Part shown: positions 11,741 through 22,407 of the stretch, piece after piece | Layout of the letters: the number at the start of each line of letters is the position of its first letter | Position numbering within the stretch: the first letter of the stretch is position 1 | Assembly (NCBI GenBank): GCA_000165345.1 | Contig: CM000436.1 | Location: forward strand, 1,056,001-1,120,000 | Direction of reading: 5' to 3' | DNA: 64,000 nt | The notes under the pieces: model-generated | Databases searched by the model: none | What the model was told of the DNA's origin: nothing | The model's input: only the letters and a program-made list of their open reading frames with translations | Made by a program: the position numbers and the translations under genes

Positions 11741-12397
11741 TATTTCTTTTTTTTTCTAGATTAAACTATATCAAATACTCTCTTCTTTGATTAATAATTA
11801 ATTTTTTTTCTCTGTAGAATATTATTATTATTCTACAATTCCATCCGAATTAATTAATCACAATTTTTTTTTCTTTAGTTATGTGTTATTTTAATTAAAT
11901 TGCATTATAATTAATTTATCGACATTTTTTAATGATTTTTTGGTGCATGTAATTGATGACGTCATTTTTTTTTTTTAAATTGAATTACGTCATTTTATCC
12001 ACATAAATATATACCGGTATTACATACATGCAAAAAATTATTATTCATAATACAATTTTTGCGCATGCAAAAAAAAAATGCAAGTTTGCTAATTTAGTCC
12101 ACATGAAATTGCATGCAAGTTTTTTAAGCTTAAAGAGATAAATAGAAAGAATTAAAAAAAAAATAATTGTTTTTGCATGTATATGCAAAGCCGGTATTCA
12201 ATAAAAGTCAGAAAATGAAAATTCATGCATAAATACATGTAAAAAAAAAATACATTTATGCATACAAGAAAGGAGTAATTCGTGATAATCTAAATTAAAT
12301 CAAAACAAGGGTATTTTCAAAATAATCTTCTTGTTATTTAATATTTAAAAAAATTATCAAATAAATAAAAAAGGTATTTAATTTTGAAAGAAGAATT

Positions 12398-13742
12398 ATG
12401 GTGAAATTATCAAATTTAAAAAAGGCTATTTTACTTTTGGGTTGCATTGGAATGAGTAATGCCTTGACAGTTTTTCATTTAACCAATCCATTCGATTTAT
12501 TACAAGGATTGAGTCATGTTAAGCTTGAGAGAACTACAGAATTACCAGTTTCTCATAAAACTTTGAGGTTTTTACAAGAAAAAATTAAGTCATTTTCTGT
12601 TGATGGGGATAATGTAGCAAAAGAAGCTATTCAAGGTATTAGTTCAACAACAGGAGTCAACTTCAAAACTACTCCTTTATCACAAGAAGCTTTTAAATTA
12701 CAAAGCAATACATTATTTGCTGAAGCTGCTGAAAAGAGAAAGGTTGCTAAATATTTACAAGAGCAAAGTGGAATGACTGAAACTGAACTCACACAGGCAG
12801 AAATTGATCCAAAGAAGAATCCAGAAAAAGCTGCTGCTATCACAAATATGAAACGTGCTAAGGTACTTCTTGCTCAGGCTTATATTTTAGAAGGTAAGGT
12901 TTTATATTTAAACAAAAAATTAATAAGGTGAATAGAAGAAATCAAATAATGTATTTATATTTCTATTCCTCTTTATTGACAAATAAATCAGAAAGTTATT
13001 AACTTAATCTTTTCACCCTAATTTAAATTATAATTAATATAGAGGAAGCTAAAAGAATGCAATTAGCTTCCACTAGAAGTGGAAACAACGAAAGCTTTAA
13101 ATGCGATATTCTCAAGATTGGCCCTCTTGCATTTGCTCCAAATAGTGAAGAAATTACTGATATTATGGATGGATCTCTTGGATTCTTGAATGGTAATATG
13201 TTATCAATTTACTACAACTCAGTAAGTTTATTCTTGATTTCTTCTTTTCTATTCAATATTTAATTCATCATTATCATTCTTGAAATTTAAAGATTCCAAA
13301 AGCATCATTTTCATTAGAAAGTATTGAACTACCAGTTCATAATGTTGACGCTGCTCCAGGATGTATTGGCTTTAAATACCATGGAACAGACCAAATTATT
13401 TGTGCTACAGGAAAAGATAGTCAATCTGCATGGATTAATGCAATCACTGAAGCATGGTTTTGCAGAAACTTAGGTTTAGCAGGAACTTTACCATCAATTT
13501 CTGATAATCAGAGTAAGTTTACAAAAAAAAACCTTAATAATTTGAACCTTTATATTCACCTATTATTATTAATAGAAGAAGAAGAACAAGAAGAAGGTGA
13601 GACTGAAGAAAATGAGGAAAATAGTGACAAGAAACAAAAAGAAAACAAAAAGAAAAAGAAATCATCAAGACTAGTCAGATCTTCAGTAAAAACATTCACT
13701 GTCGAATTAGAAGATGGAAAACCAAAAATTACTCAAAACTAA
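12398..13742 (+). CDS. Secreted hypothetical protein, paralog B (signal peptide; 4 exons: 12398-12892, 13043-13220, 13293-13512, 13576-13742)
   Basis: Track ORFs 12398-12931, 13057-13263 and 13542-13742 link through GTAAGG/GTAAGT donors and TAG/AAG acceptors with consistent phases. The product contains 'SFSLESIELPVHNV...CIGFKYHG...IICATGKDSQSAWINAITEAWFCRNLG', matching 'SFSLNKIEVPLESV...CFRMYFDG...VMCAKSDEERNEMMNKLTEAIFCKNSG' in gene 10658-11740. It has an acidic/basic C-terminal tail. Confidence 0.65.
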
Positions 13743-13954
13743 GAGGGAGGGAAGAAAGAAAAAAACGAGATGAGCATTTACATTAATACCAAACAATAAA
13801 TAATACAAATTTTTTTGCATGTAAATGAATCTATAGTTTATTATTATAATTATTAATGATACAAACAGAAATTAACACTATTATATGATTAACAAATAAT
13901 TAATTTGTATCTTCTGTAATATGATCAAAACAAACTATTTTTTACTAATACAAC

Positions 13955-14581
13955 TTATTCATCATTTGATCCTATCTTCATGTTTGCAAGTTGTTGTAAA
14001 GCAAGTGTATCGGAAATAGACATGCTACCGAATCTAACAGGTGCAAAAGATATTGATGATTCTCTTTGAATTGGGCTAGAAACCTCGAAACTTGCATTAA
14101 AATCTTCATTTGGCTCATCATAGTGCTCAGTTTTTGACTTAATGGGAATATTAGTCTCGTCTGAATCACTCTTATCTTTATGTTTGAGACCTCTTTTAAA
14201 CTTCGCAACCGCTTCAAATTGAGCTCTTACATGTTGTAATGTTACACGTCTTCTAGATACCATTGCAGCTAATCTTGCTCTTTGTTTATAAGCATCCACT
14301 ACCTCCTCTTTAGTGTGTGCTAGTGATTGCTGCCTAACTAAATAAGAACGCTCTATGGCTCCTTTCAAACCACCTGAATTGCTAAAACTGATATTTCTTA
14401 GCAATTCACGAGTATTTTGATTAATTATTTGTCTTGTTTCCTCTGGTAACTGTGTTTCATCAAACTCTATATTACTCTCAAACGGAATCAACTTCTTATG
14501 AATCTCTTCATCAAGCTGAGAATCCTCAGCTTCTTCTGAAGCCATCAGCTGTTCTCCATATTCGTTTACTCCATTATCCAT
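13955..14581 (-). CDS. Hypothetical acidic protein (208 aa), function not recognised
   Basis: Clean single ORF in a coding-like AT-skewed context, not low-complexity, with a basic central segment 'AYKQRARLAAMVSRRRVTLQHVRAQFEAVAKFKRG'. I cannot name a family from memory. Confidence 0.5.
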   Translation of the reverse strand: MDNGVNEYGEQLMASEEAEDSQLDEEIHKKLIPFESNIEFDETQLPEETRQIINQNTRELLRNISFSNSGGLKGAIERSYLVRQQSLAHTKEEVVDAYKQRARLAAMVSRRRVTLQHVRAQFEAVAKFKRGLKHKDKSDSDETNIPIKSKTEHYDEPNEDFNASFEVSSPIQRESSISFAPVRFGSMSISDTLALQQLANMKIGSNDE

Positions 14582-15007
14582 TTAATTTAATTCCCTAATT
14601 TTTTTTTCCCAAAATTGGTCTTTCTGAATTGTTTCTTTACAATTTCCCCCTTGAATCTACTCCCTTTATTATCCTAAGGTCTTAAATTCGTTGTCAGTAT
14701 TTTTTTTCTATTCAAACAATAATCTATTCAATAACGACTTCTTCGCACAATTTTACAACCTAAAGTCAATTCATGACCCGACTACTCCATAAACACACTT
14801 CCCAAGTCGCACTTAGACATGGGCACAAACAGACCTACAGGCAGAGGAGATAAAGTACCTCAGTAACCGCAATATCATGGCGGCACCCGGATATGAAAGC
14901 CGCCAAAATGGCGGCGGGCGAATTCTGCCGCCGCCTTTCGTAGACGGCAGAACCTACAAGCTTTAAAGGAGAGACAGAGACAAAAAGGAAACATCGGGCC
15001 ACTCCCT

Positions 15008-15292
15008 TTTCCTTCGGCCGTTCAGAATCATCCACACCGCTCGGAGTTCCAACCCAAGAAACTCCGCTGGGTCATCAATGCCGTGCAAGCATACATAAGC
15101 GCATTATCTGGACCAACTTAAACTCCAAAGGAGATAAGAGGAACCAGATAAGAGCAGAGTAGAAACAGGCTACGCTTCCCGTTTCCGGCGGGATGGATAA
15201 CTCATCGTCACGGACAGAGGTGTTGTCAAGAGCTGTAGCCCAATACGATCGGATTCACTATAGAAATGATCCCGTTCGAGTACAGTCGACAT
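15008..15292 (-). ncRNA. U3: U3 small nucleolar RNA (box C/D class), about 285 nt
   Basis: Minus-strand RNA begins 'GUCGACUGUACUCGAACGGGAUCAUUUCUAUAGUGAAUCCG'. This contains the U3 5' hinge/box A signature 'GGGAUCAUUUCUAUAGUG' (plus 15256-15273 reverse-complemented). Box C'-like 'CGAUGAG' is at plus 15201-15207, box B-like 'GGAAGCGUAGCC' at 15168-15179, box C 'UGAUGA' at 15072-15077 and box D 'CUGA' at 15022-15025, followed by 'ACGGCC' able to pair with 'CCGU' 5' of box C'. GC content is near 50%, well above the surrounding 25-30%. Confidence 0.8.
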
Positions 15293-15376
15293 TGGACCGT
15301 TGAATTGGAAAAAGGTATAATCCGGTACTGCACGTTTTGGTGATGGTTCTCGAAGAGAATTATACGTATTGGACCG
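15291..15376 (-). promoter_or_regulatory. Candidate U3 promoter: TATA-like element at about -30 and two CGGTCCAAT (CCAAT-type) direct repeats at about -5 and -80
   Basis: 'attggaccg' occurs twice (15291-15299 and 15368-15376, 77 bp apart). 'ggtataatccggtac' (15314-15328) reads ATTATA on the U3 strand about 30 nt upstream of the inferred GUCGAC 5' end. Confidence 0.45.
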
Positions 15377-15638
15377 CATTATGTTAGAAGAAAAGTAATG
15401 TAATGTCTTTGACAAATTTCTTTAAGTTGAAAAGCTTATTGATTAGCAACAGGACTGCATGTAGTTAGTAAATTTCATAAATCATAGAATAAAAGGGGAT
15501 AAAATAGAAGGAATAGGAAATATTATGTCATCAATTTAAGTTAGAATAAGGTAGAAATTAGAAATAACAAATGTTGATTACTTATTATAGACTATATCTA
15601 AATGCAGTAGAGATATTTAGAACTAAATAGGCTGAGTT

Positions 15639-16544
15639 TTACTCCTTCTTCTTAATAGGTCTATAAACCCCAATAACTACAGCATGATCTCTATGATAAG
15701 GTTCAAGAGTAAGCTGTTCCTTTGGTTTACATTTTTCGGCTCTTAGTTTATCTATTTCAGATGCAAAAACAGCCTCTGGTTTTGCAGTAGAATCTACGCA
15801 ACTTGCCTTAATAGATATTATAAAGTATCCATTATTCTTAAGGAAAAGATGAGCATTTAAAGCTACTATACGAGCTTGGTCAGGCTGGGCAACATCAGAA
15901 AAGATAACATCGACCATTGGAACAAGCATTCTATACTTTTGAGGAGTTCTTGCATCCTCTACAATAGGAACAATATTCTGACGTCTTTTAGCCATATCTG
16001 TCAAATCTCTTCCAGATCTGTGACTAAACTCTACAGCATAAACACTACCTTCCGGGCCGACCATATCTGATACATGAGAAACTGTTGTTCCATTAGCTGC
16101 TCCCAAGTATAATACCTTTGCTCCTGGTTTAATTGGCATATTAGCAACACCTCCAATAATAGTTGCTCCCAACTTCGATCTAAATGGATTCCAAACACGG
16201 TATTCAATCTTTTCATTAGTCTCAGGATCTGTTGTCTCTACTCTTTTTTCACCATAAATTGAAACACCTGGTACCATATTTCTGGTTACTAATGCATCAC
16301 TCTTACCTTTTGCCATAAAAACACCTTCATGTCTGTGAGGAACAATTATTACTTTTGACCCTCCCTTCATTCCTCCACCTCCTCCTCTACCTCCTTTACC
16401 TCCACCTCTTCCTCTACCTCCACCTGGACTTCTTCCTCCTCCACCTCGGCCTCCACCCGGACTTCTACCTCCACCTCCTCTTCCTCCACCTCTCCCTCCT
16501 CCACCTCGGCCTCTTCCTCCAAATGGACTGCCTCTTGAACTCAT
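15639..16544 (-). CDS. FBL: Fibrillarin (rRNA 2'-O-methyltransferase, Nop1), 301 aa with an N-terminal GAR (RGG) domain
   Basis: N-terminal '[18 protein letters not shown]...' is followed by '[39 protein letters not shown]...[47 protein letters not shown]', the canonical fibrillarin fold. Confidence 0.95.
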   Translation of the reverse strand: MSSRGSPFGGRGRGGGGRGGGRGGGGRSPGGGRGGGGRSPGGGRGRGGGKGGRGGGGGMKGGSKVIIVPHRHEGVFMAKGKSDALVTRNMVPGVSIYGEKRVETTDPETNEKIEYRVWNPFRSKLGATIIGGVANMPIKPGAKVLYLGAANGTTVSHVSDMVGPEGSVYAVEFSHRSGRDLTDMAKRRQNIVPIVEDARTPQKYRMLVPMVDVIFSDVAQPDQARIVALNAHLFLKNNGYFIISIKASCVDSTAKPEAVFASEIDKLRAEKCKPKEQLTLEPYHRDHAVVIGVYRPIKKKE

Positions 16545-16672
16545 ATTTATTCTCTACTCTTGGCTTTTTTTTTCACTATTATTCTATCCTTGAGTTTTCT
16601 TTGTCAATACCTGACTTTTTCAATTTCCCTTTATCGCATCCCTTTTTGACTATATATAAATACTTATCCCGT

Positions 16673-16689
16673 TTTGGCGGCACGTGGCT
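16673..16689 (-). promoter_or_regulatory. E2F-like site fused to a CACGTG box (TTTTGGCGGCACGTGGC) about 130 bp upstream of the fibrillarin ATG
   Basis: Direct reading of 16673-16689. The same GC-rich motif class recurs in many intergenic regions of this window. Confidence 0.4.
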
Positions 16690-17313
16690 GTCTCCAGTAT
16701 ATTAATATTTACTAAGGGGAGAAAAAAAAATGGAATTTTACATCACTTTAAATTCCTATCTTTATTTTTATTATCCAGATCTCTTTTTATTTAGGCCAAG
16801 TCCTTCGCTTTCTCCTACCTTTTCCTTCCTTTTATCTCTTCTCCTTCCTTTTTATTCAACAAATCTCATTTCTTCAATATTACGCTGATCTCAACCTTTT
16901 TGGCGCCAATAACTTATGTCATAATTTACTTGCCAACTTTAATCAATTCAAAATTCTTCTGAATTTATTGCTTTGAAAAATTATTAGTAAATACTCTTCT
17001 AACCTAAACATTTATTGTTGAAAACTTCTTGCTATCTCCCACTAACACTTCTATCTTACTTTCTCTCATTCGTTTTCTACATACTCATTTTCCTAGACTT
17101 GAAATTTTAAGATACAAATTTAGGCGGGAATTCTTCTTATTAACTACTTGTCAAAAGTTCAACAGTGAAGAAGAGTAAAATTTTAAGGGAGAAGGAGAGA
17201 AAAGGATTAAGTTTTAAATTTAGGAAGGCTAATATAGTCCAAAGACTTGATATCTAATCTAAAATCCCCTTTTTTTTACATACTAAAAGGTTAAAGATTG
17301 ATTCTTTTCATTT

Positions 17314-19611
17314 ATGGCTTCAATTTTAAGTCAAGAAGCTGAGAAGCGGCAAGATTCTCATCCTGTGACCCTTCAATTGTCAAATCGTCTAGTCAATTTC
17401 GTTTCTGGAGGATTTTTGGCCAACAAAACAGGTATAGAGTCTTCTTCTTACGTTTCAGATAATTCCCAGATCTCAGATAAAACACAGAAACATATGGACA
17501 AATTAAAAGAAAAAGAACAAATTGAAAATAATGTTCCATTAGCAAAGCCAGAATACTATTATTTCCCTCCAGAATTACTCACTGATGCAAGAGATTTTCT
17601 TGAACCAAAAGAAATCTCTCACTTCAGACCATATGGTAGAGGATTAGCTAATCCTGGTTGGAATACATGTTATTTTAATTCTATTTTACAAGCATTAACT
17701 TATGCACCTTATCTTTCAATTGATTGCTTAAGGAGGAATCACCAAAAGATTTGTAAACATATGAAAGACCATTTGGTTTGTATTATGTGTATGTTTGAAG
17801 ATCATGTTAATATTATGTTGGATAATACATCCAAATCTAATACAAAAAATGACCAACCAGTAGTTTCTAGTTTTATCAAATGTGCTCAAAAATTAATATG
17901 GAAAAGATTTAGAATTGGAATGATGCATGATGCACAAGAATTTCTAAGGTATTTCTTAGAAGCTTTACATAAATCTTGTTTACCTAAGAATTTACAAACT
18001 GATCAAACTTTTAGGAAAATACATCCTATTGCAGCTTCAACAACTTATATTGGTCAACTATTTTGTGGATTCTTTCTTTCTAGGATTGTATGTCATAATT
18101 GTCAATATACTTCCAATACATATGACCCATTTATGGATGTACCACTTGATATTATGGGGGTATCGAATTTAGAAAATGCTCTCAAATTATTTACTAAAAT
18201 TGAATATCTTAAAGGTGAAAATAGATATATGTGTCCAAAATGTAATCAGAGATCTGATGCTTCAAAACAACTTCTAATTGAGAAACTTCCTCCACTATTA
18301 ACAATTCAACTTAAGAGATTTAGTTATGTAGGACATGGAAGTAGAAAACCTAACAAAGCTATCAATTTTTCAGATGTTTTGGATTTACAACCATATATGT
18401 CTTCTAAGACTTATTCTGAATCTAAAGTATCTTCATCTAAATCTGAATCCTCTTATATTTACAAATTATGGGCTGTAGTATGTCATTCTGGTAATACTTT
18501 ATCTTGTGGTCATTATTATACCCATGCTAAGAGTATTGACAACAAATGGTATTGCTTTAATGATGATTACGTTAAACCAACAAGAATAGAAAATGTATTA
18601 AATGAGAATCATAAGGCTTATTTGTTGTTTTACTATAGGAGTGATTTTAATAAATATGACTTACTTAAGGATTCTGGTGTCTCCATAGAGTCTTTAGGGA
18701 AATCTCAGATCATTACTCCTTTAGCTCCTGAAATATCATTTATAAATCTTCAACTTAAATCAAACTCAAAATCCTCTATAAATGGTAAAAATAATAATTC
18801 TAAAGAATCATCAAATTCTGAATCAAATTTGAATGAATTTTTGGATCAATTATTAACAAATAAGTCTAAAGGAGAAAGAGATTTAGCCCAAAATCAAGAT
18901 CAAGATCCAAATTTACAATTTTATCAGAACCAACAAAATAATAACAATATTAGACTAGTTTTGAATCCAATAATAAATACGGATGTAAATAATGAAAAAT
19001 TAGATTCAAAGATTTCTATAATATCTAAAAATGAGCAAACAGAAAAGATTATTAAGGCTAAGATTTGTAATTTCAAGCTTAGATCCTTATTACTATGCGA
19101 TAATTGGATTACTAGATCCAAATCAAGAAGGAATTTAGCAACCATTTTTTATCTTAAGAAATTAAAGAAACTTGGATTATCAATGAACTACTTTATTAAA
19201 TCAAAATCAGGAAATTGTTCAAATGGAAAAGTTTTGATTAGTAATATTAACAAGAGTCAAATAGACACTTGGGAAGATCTTAATTTATCTAATGATACTA
19301 TTACAAGCTTGGAACAAGCTCAAAAATCTCTTCTTGCTCGTTCAAATATTAGATCAGATTATGATAAGGAATATGATAAAGGTAAAGTTAAAAAACCTCT
19401 AAGACAGGCTATTCTAGCTTCTACAAGTTCCAATAATAATAATGAAAAGAATACTAATAGTAAATTCCAAGCTAAAAAATCAGCATTTATGGAAAAGAGC
19501 AATATAAAAGATTTGGATACCTTAAGTACTAGTGAACTATTTGATATTGCTTTTAAGAATAAAGGTAACTTAAAGAACAAAAATAAAAGAAAAAATGTTA
19601 GAATTAGATAA
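17314..19611 (+). CDS. Ubiquitin carboxyl-terminal hydrolase (USP/UBP family deubiquitinase), 765 aa
   Basis: Cys box 'GLANPGWNTCYFNSILQAL', His box 'YKLWAVVCHSGNTLSCGHYYTH' and 'AYLLFYYR' are present. The C-terminal half is a low-complexity N/S/K-rich tail. Confidence 0.85.
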   Translation: MASILSQEAEKRQDSHPVTLQLSNRLVNFVSGGFLANKTGIESSSYVSDNSQISDKTQKHMDKLKEKEQIENNVPLAKPEYYYFPPELLTDARDFLEPKEISHFRPYGRGLANPGWNTCYFNSILQALTYAPYLSIDCLRRNHQKICKHMKDHLVCIMCMFEDHVNIMLDNTSKSNTKNDQPVVSSFIKCAQKLIWKRFRIGMMHDAQEFLRYFLEALHKSCLPKNLQTDQTFRKIHPIAASTTYIGQLFCGFFLSRIVCHNCQYTSNTYDPFMDVPLDIMGVSNLENALKLFTKIEYLKGENRYMCPKCNQRSDASKQLLIEKLPPLLTIQLKRFSYVGHGSRKPNKAINFSDVLDLQPYMSSKTYSESKVSSSKSESSYIYKLWAVVCHSGNTLSCGHYYTHAKSIDNKWYCFNDDYVKPTRIENVLNENHKAYLLFYYRSDFNKYDLLKDSGVSIESLGKSQIITPLAPEISFINLQLKSNSKSSINGKNNNSKESSNSESNLNEFLDQLLTNKSKGERDLAQNQDQDPNLQFYQNQQNNNNIRLVLNPIINTDVNNEKLDSKISIISKNEQTEKIIKAKICNFKLRSLLLCDNWITRSKSRRNLATIFYLKKLKKLGLSMNYFIKSKSGNCSNGKVLISNINKSQIDTWEDLNLSNDTITSLEQAQKSLLARSNIRSDYDKEYDKGKVKKPLRQAILASTSSNNNNEKNTNSKFQAKKSAFMEKSNIKDLDTLSTSELFDIAFKNKGNLKNKNKRKNVRIR

Positions 19612-20079
19612 TGATTATTACTAGGTAAATATACTATTTATTTTTGTTTACTTTTATCTTGTATTTATAATGCATTTTTGTCTCTGTAATAACATTTTTA
19701 ATATATTTTCATCACTAAGAGTACTTAAAGAGAAATGTGATAATGAAAGACATTAAAGAAAAATGGACAGTTTGGTATCGTATAGTAAATACAGGTACCG
19801 TATAGTATATAATGGAAGAGACTGGGGTAGAAGAGGAAAAGAATTCAGATCTGGAGATAAGATCTTAAAATGGAATCATCTAATCAATTTCAAGTAAAAT
19901 AAGTCTCAAATAAGTACTATTACGTCTAGATAAATCTTACAATTTCCTTGTCTCTAGTAATGTGTAATTAAGTAGATAATAGATGTTTACATTTCCCCTT
20001 AACTTTCTTTTCCTTGTAATATTAATTAAGAAAAGAGAGAAATTAGACAAATGCTTTTGGTCTTTTAATTCTAATTAGC

Positions 20080-20856
20080 CTAACACATTCTATCAATAAG
20101 TTTGTTGATCAAATTTTCTCTGTTACCGCAATCTCCACCTCTGGCTTCAGTAAATCTGGTAGATTTACGAACAAATCCACCATTTGGAGAGGAAAGCTTG
20201 AATGGCCATAATAAAGAAGTAACAGCCTTAAATTGCTCTCCACAAAAGAATAATTCACGAACCATACCTTCAATACCATAAACACCTTTAGAAGCAAGTT
20301 TCTTTTGAATAATAGAATTATCTTGAATACGTATTCTCTGATAACTACCTCTCTTTCCAACCTTTAAGTATCCTCTCTTATAAAGTAACTTACGAATCAT
20401 AGAAATAGATGGGTATCCATAAGCAACAAATGGATCAATAACCTTGAGCATTTCAATAGTTGCTTTATTTAAAGGTAAGAATACACCATTATTAATTTGA
20501 CGTAATCTAAATAACTGGAAGATTTTTCTAACTTTTGGAGATAATTTATTAATACCTTTAAGACGTATAACAAAAACAACCTTTGGTTCAGCTGGACGAT
20601 ATAATCCTCCATTTTGTTTGGCTTGTCTCTTTAAATCGATAATAGATTTAACATGTTCTTTGTATTGTTTTTGTAATTTCAATGCCTCGATCTTAGCCTT
20701 CTTACGTAAATCATTTAATTTGACTCTATCAGACTTGATCTTGGATTGAAAATCGGAGAATATCTTCATATTACGCTCCAATTTTAGTTTCTTTGACTCA
20801 CTTGGAGGAACCTTCTTTGTTACGAATCTTGACATATTTTCTAATTTATTTACCAC
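20080..20856 (-). CDS. RPL7: 60S ribosomal protein L7 (uL30)
   Basis: 'VVFVIRLKGINKLSPKVRKIFQLFRLRQINNGVFLPLNKATIEMLKVIDPFVAYGYPS...LIDRM' matches RPL7. The true start may instead be the second Met (MSRFVTKK, at 20835). Confidence 0.9.
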   Translation of the reverse strand: MVNKLENMSRFVTKKVPPSESKKLKLERNMKIFSDFQSKIKSDRVKLNDLRKKAKIEALKLQKQYKEHVKSIIDLKRQAKQNGGLYRPAEPKVVFVIRLKGINKLSPKVRKIFQLFRLRQINNGVFLPLNKATIEMLKVIDPFVAYGYPSISMIRKLLYKRGYLKVGKRGSYQRIRIQDNSIIQKKLASKGVYGIEGMVRELFFCGEQFKAVTSLLWPFKLSSPNGGFVRKSTRFTEARGGDCGNRENLINKLIDRMC

Positions 20857-21021
20857 AACAGTTAGAGAAAAAAGAATAAATGTACTAAATTGTTGGGATT
20901 TATAACTTGAATTTGGTAACTTCTTCCTTATTCAAGAATTAAAGTCAATTTTGCAGCAATTTTATTATTGAAATTAATTTTGAATTAGACAAGACAGTCG
21001 TAATTTTAAAGTTTATTATTT

Positions 21022-21079
<58 letters not shown>

Positions 21080-22014
21080 TTATTTAATTTTAAACAAATA
21101 TTATTATTATGATTAATATTATTAAATTATGAATATGAATATTAATTAATTTAATTTAAATTAACTTTTTTTAATATTTTACTTTTAATACAAATTATAT
21201 TATTCTTTTTGATTAATAAAAATAATTCATAACTTATTACTTTTGTCATTTTTAAACCTTTATTAATTATTCATTATATTAACTAATATTTCCGTCTCAA
21301 ACAGGCGGGAAGACGAGTGCGTCTTGTCTCCGGAAAATATATATATTATGTAAAGATGATTTATGGCTTAAAGTATCTAGATCTTGCAAGTATTTTTTGA
21401 ATTAATGTTTTTTTTATTTTTTTAAAGTATGATTTAATAAAATTAATATTAGTAAGATTGATATGTAATGAACCATATAATTATTAGTAATAGAAAGAGT
21501 AAAATAGTATTGGTATAAATAAATTAGTGGATCTGATGAATTTAGCATAAGAGTGTGACAATAGGAGCATGTAAAATAAAGACTGGATATTTAAGTACAG
21601 AAAAATAATGTAGTGAGACTAAAAGTATTATTCATCTGATAAAAAAATAAAACTAATCTATGATAAGATAATCAAATGGTTTTAATTTTTCGTCAAGAAA
21701 GTTACTGTTTTCATGTATTATTAATATTACCAGAAATAAAAGTAATAATAATAAACAAAAGATCATATAATTAAAGAAAAAAATTGTGAATTGATAGAAT
21801 CTCTAGATTTTTTTTCCTTCATTTCTTTCTTTCTATTTCTTTTTTCTTTTCTTTGTTTTCTTCTTCTGGAATGATTAATAATTTCATTTAAAACCTTTTA
21901 TTAGAGATAACTATTAGCAATTAATTAGTAATAAGTTAAGGCTAAAAGTTGAAATTAATAATTTAAATAAAGAAAAAAAGGAAAAATGTTATGAGATTGA
22001 ATCATTTTCAATGT

Positions 22015-22407
22015 TTAAAAGAAGAAACCAAGGATTTTACCACCAGTGTGTTTTCTTCTTGCCTCTTCTTGGTCCATAATACCATAAGATGTTGACAAAA
22101 CAATGTAACCAAATTGTCTGGATGGAAGTAAATCGGTACTAATTTGCTCAATATCAGATAAAGGAACATCATAACGTGGGGAGATGACTCCACATTTGTT
22201 GAGACGTCCAAGTAATTCAATGCAAATTTTTCCAGCTCTACGATCATCAACAACTTCGAATTCTCCAATATAACCACGTCTCTGCATACATTGTAAGAAT
22301 TTGATAATAACCTTTGAAGAAGGACGAATTAAAACTTGACGACGTCCCATCTTCTCAGCATTTAAAATAGCCTTTAAACAATCACTTAAAACTGAAACGC
22401 GAACCAT
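22015..22407 (-). CDS. RPS15A: 40S ribosomal protein S15a (uS8; S22 in yeast), 130 aa
   Basis: '[81 protein letters not shown]...GGKILGFFF' matches RPS15A near-collinearly. The overlapping track ORF 22008-22277 is out of frame and spurious. Confidence 0.92.
   Translation of the reverse strand: MVRVSVLSDCLKAILNAEKMGRRQVLIRPSSKVIIKFLQCMQRRGYIGEFEVVDDRRAGKICIELLGRLNKCGVISPRYDVPLSDIEQISTDLLPSRQFGYIVLSTSYGIMDQEEARRKHTGGKILGFFF

Noticed and set aside
12398-13742. Possibility that 12398-12931, 13057-13263 and 13542-13742 are three separate small genes
   Set aside because: Each junction has a canonical GTAAG donor and AG acceptor with matching phase. The spliced product is collinear with the paralog on the other strand across the exon boundaries, and the three ORFs lack independent promoters.
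14835-15415. Track ORFs 14835-15035(-) and 15170-15415(-), 66 and 81 aa, in the GC-rich island. I also considered that the island might be RNase P, RNase MRP or SRP RNA.
   Set aside because: The island reads as a U3 snoRNA on the minus strand (box A, C', B, C, D in order). The ORFs have no start context, are GC-composition artifacts, and overlap the RNA. I found no convincing P4/CR-I or SRP helix-8 signatures, so the RNase P/SRP ideas were dropped in favour of U3.
16355-16705. ORF 16355-16705(+), Leu/His-rich, 116 aa
   Set aside because: It is antisense to the GAR (RGG) domain of fibrillarin, an artifact of the GGN repeat read backwards.
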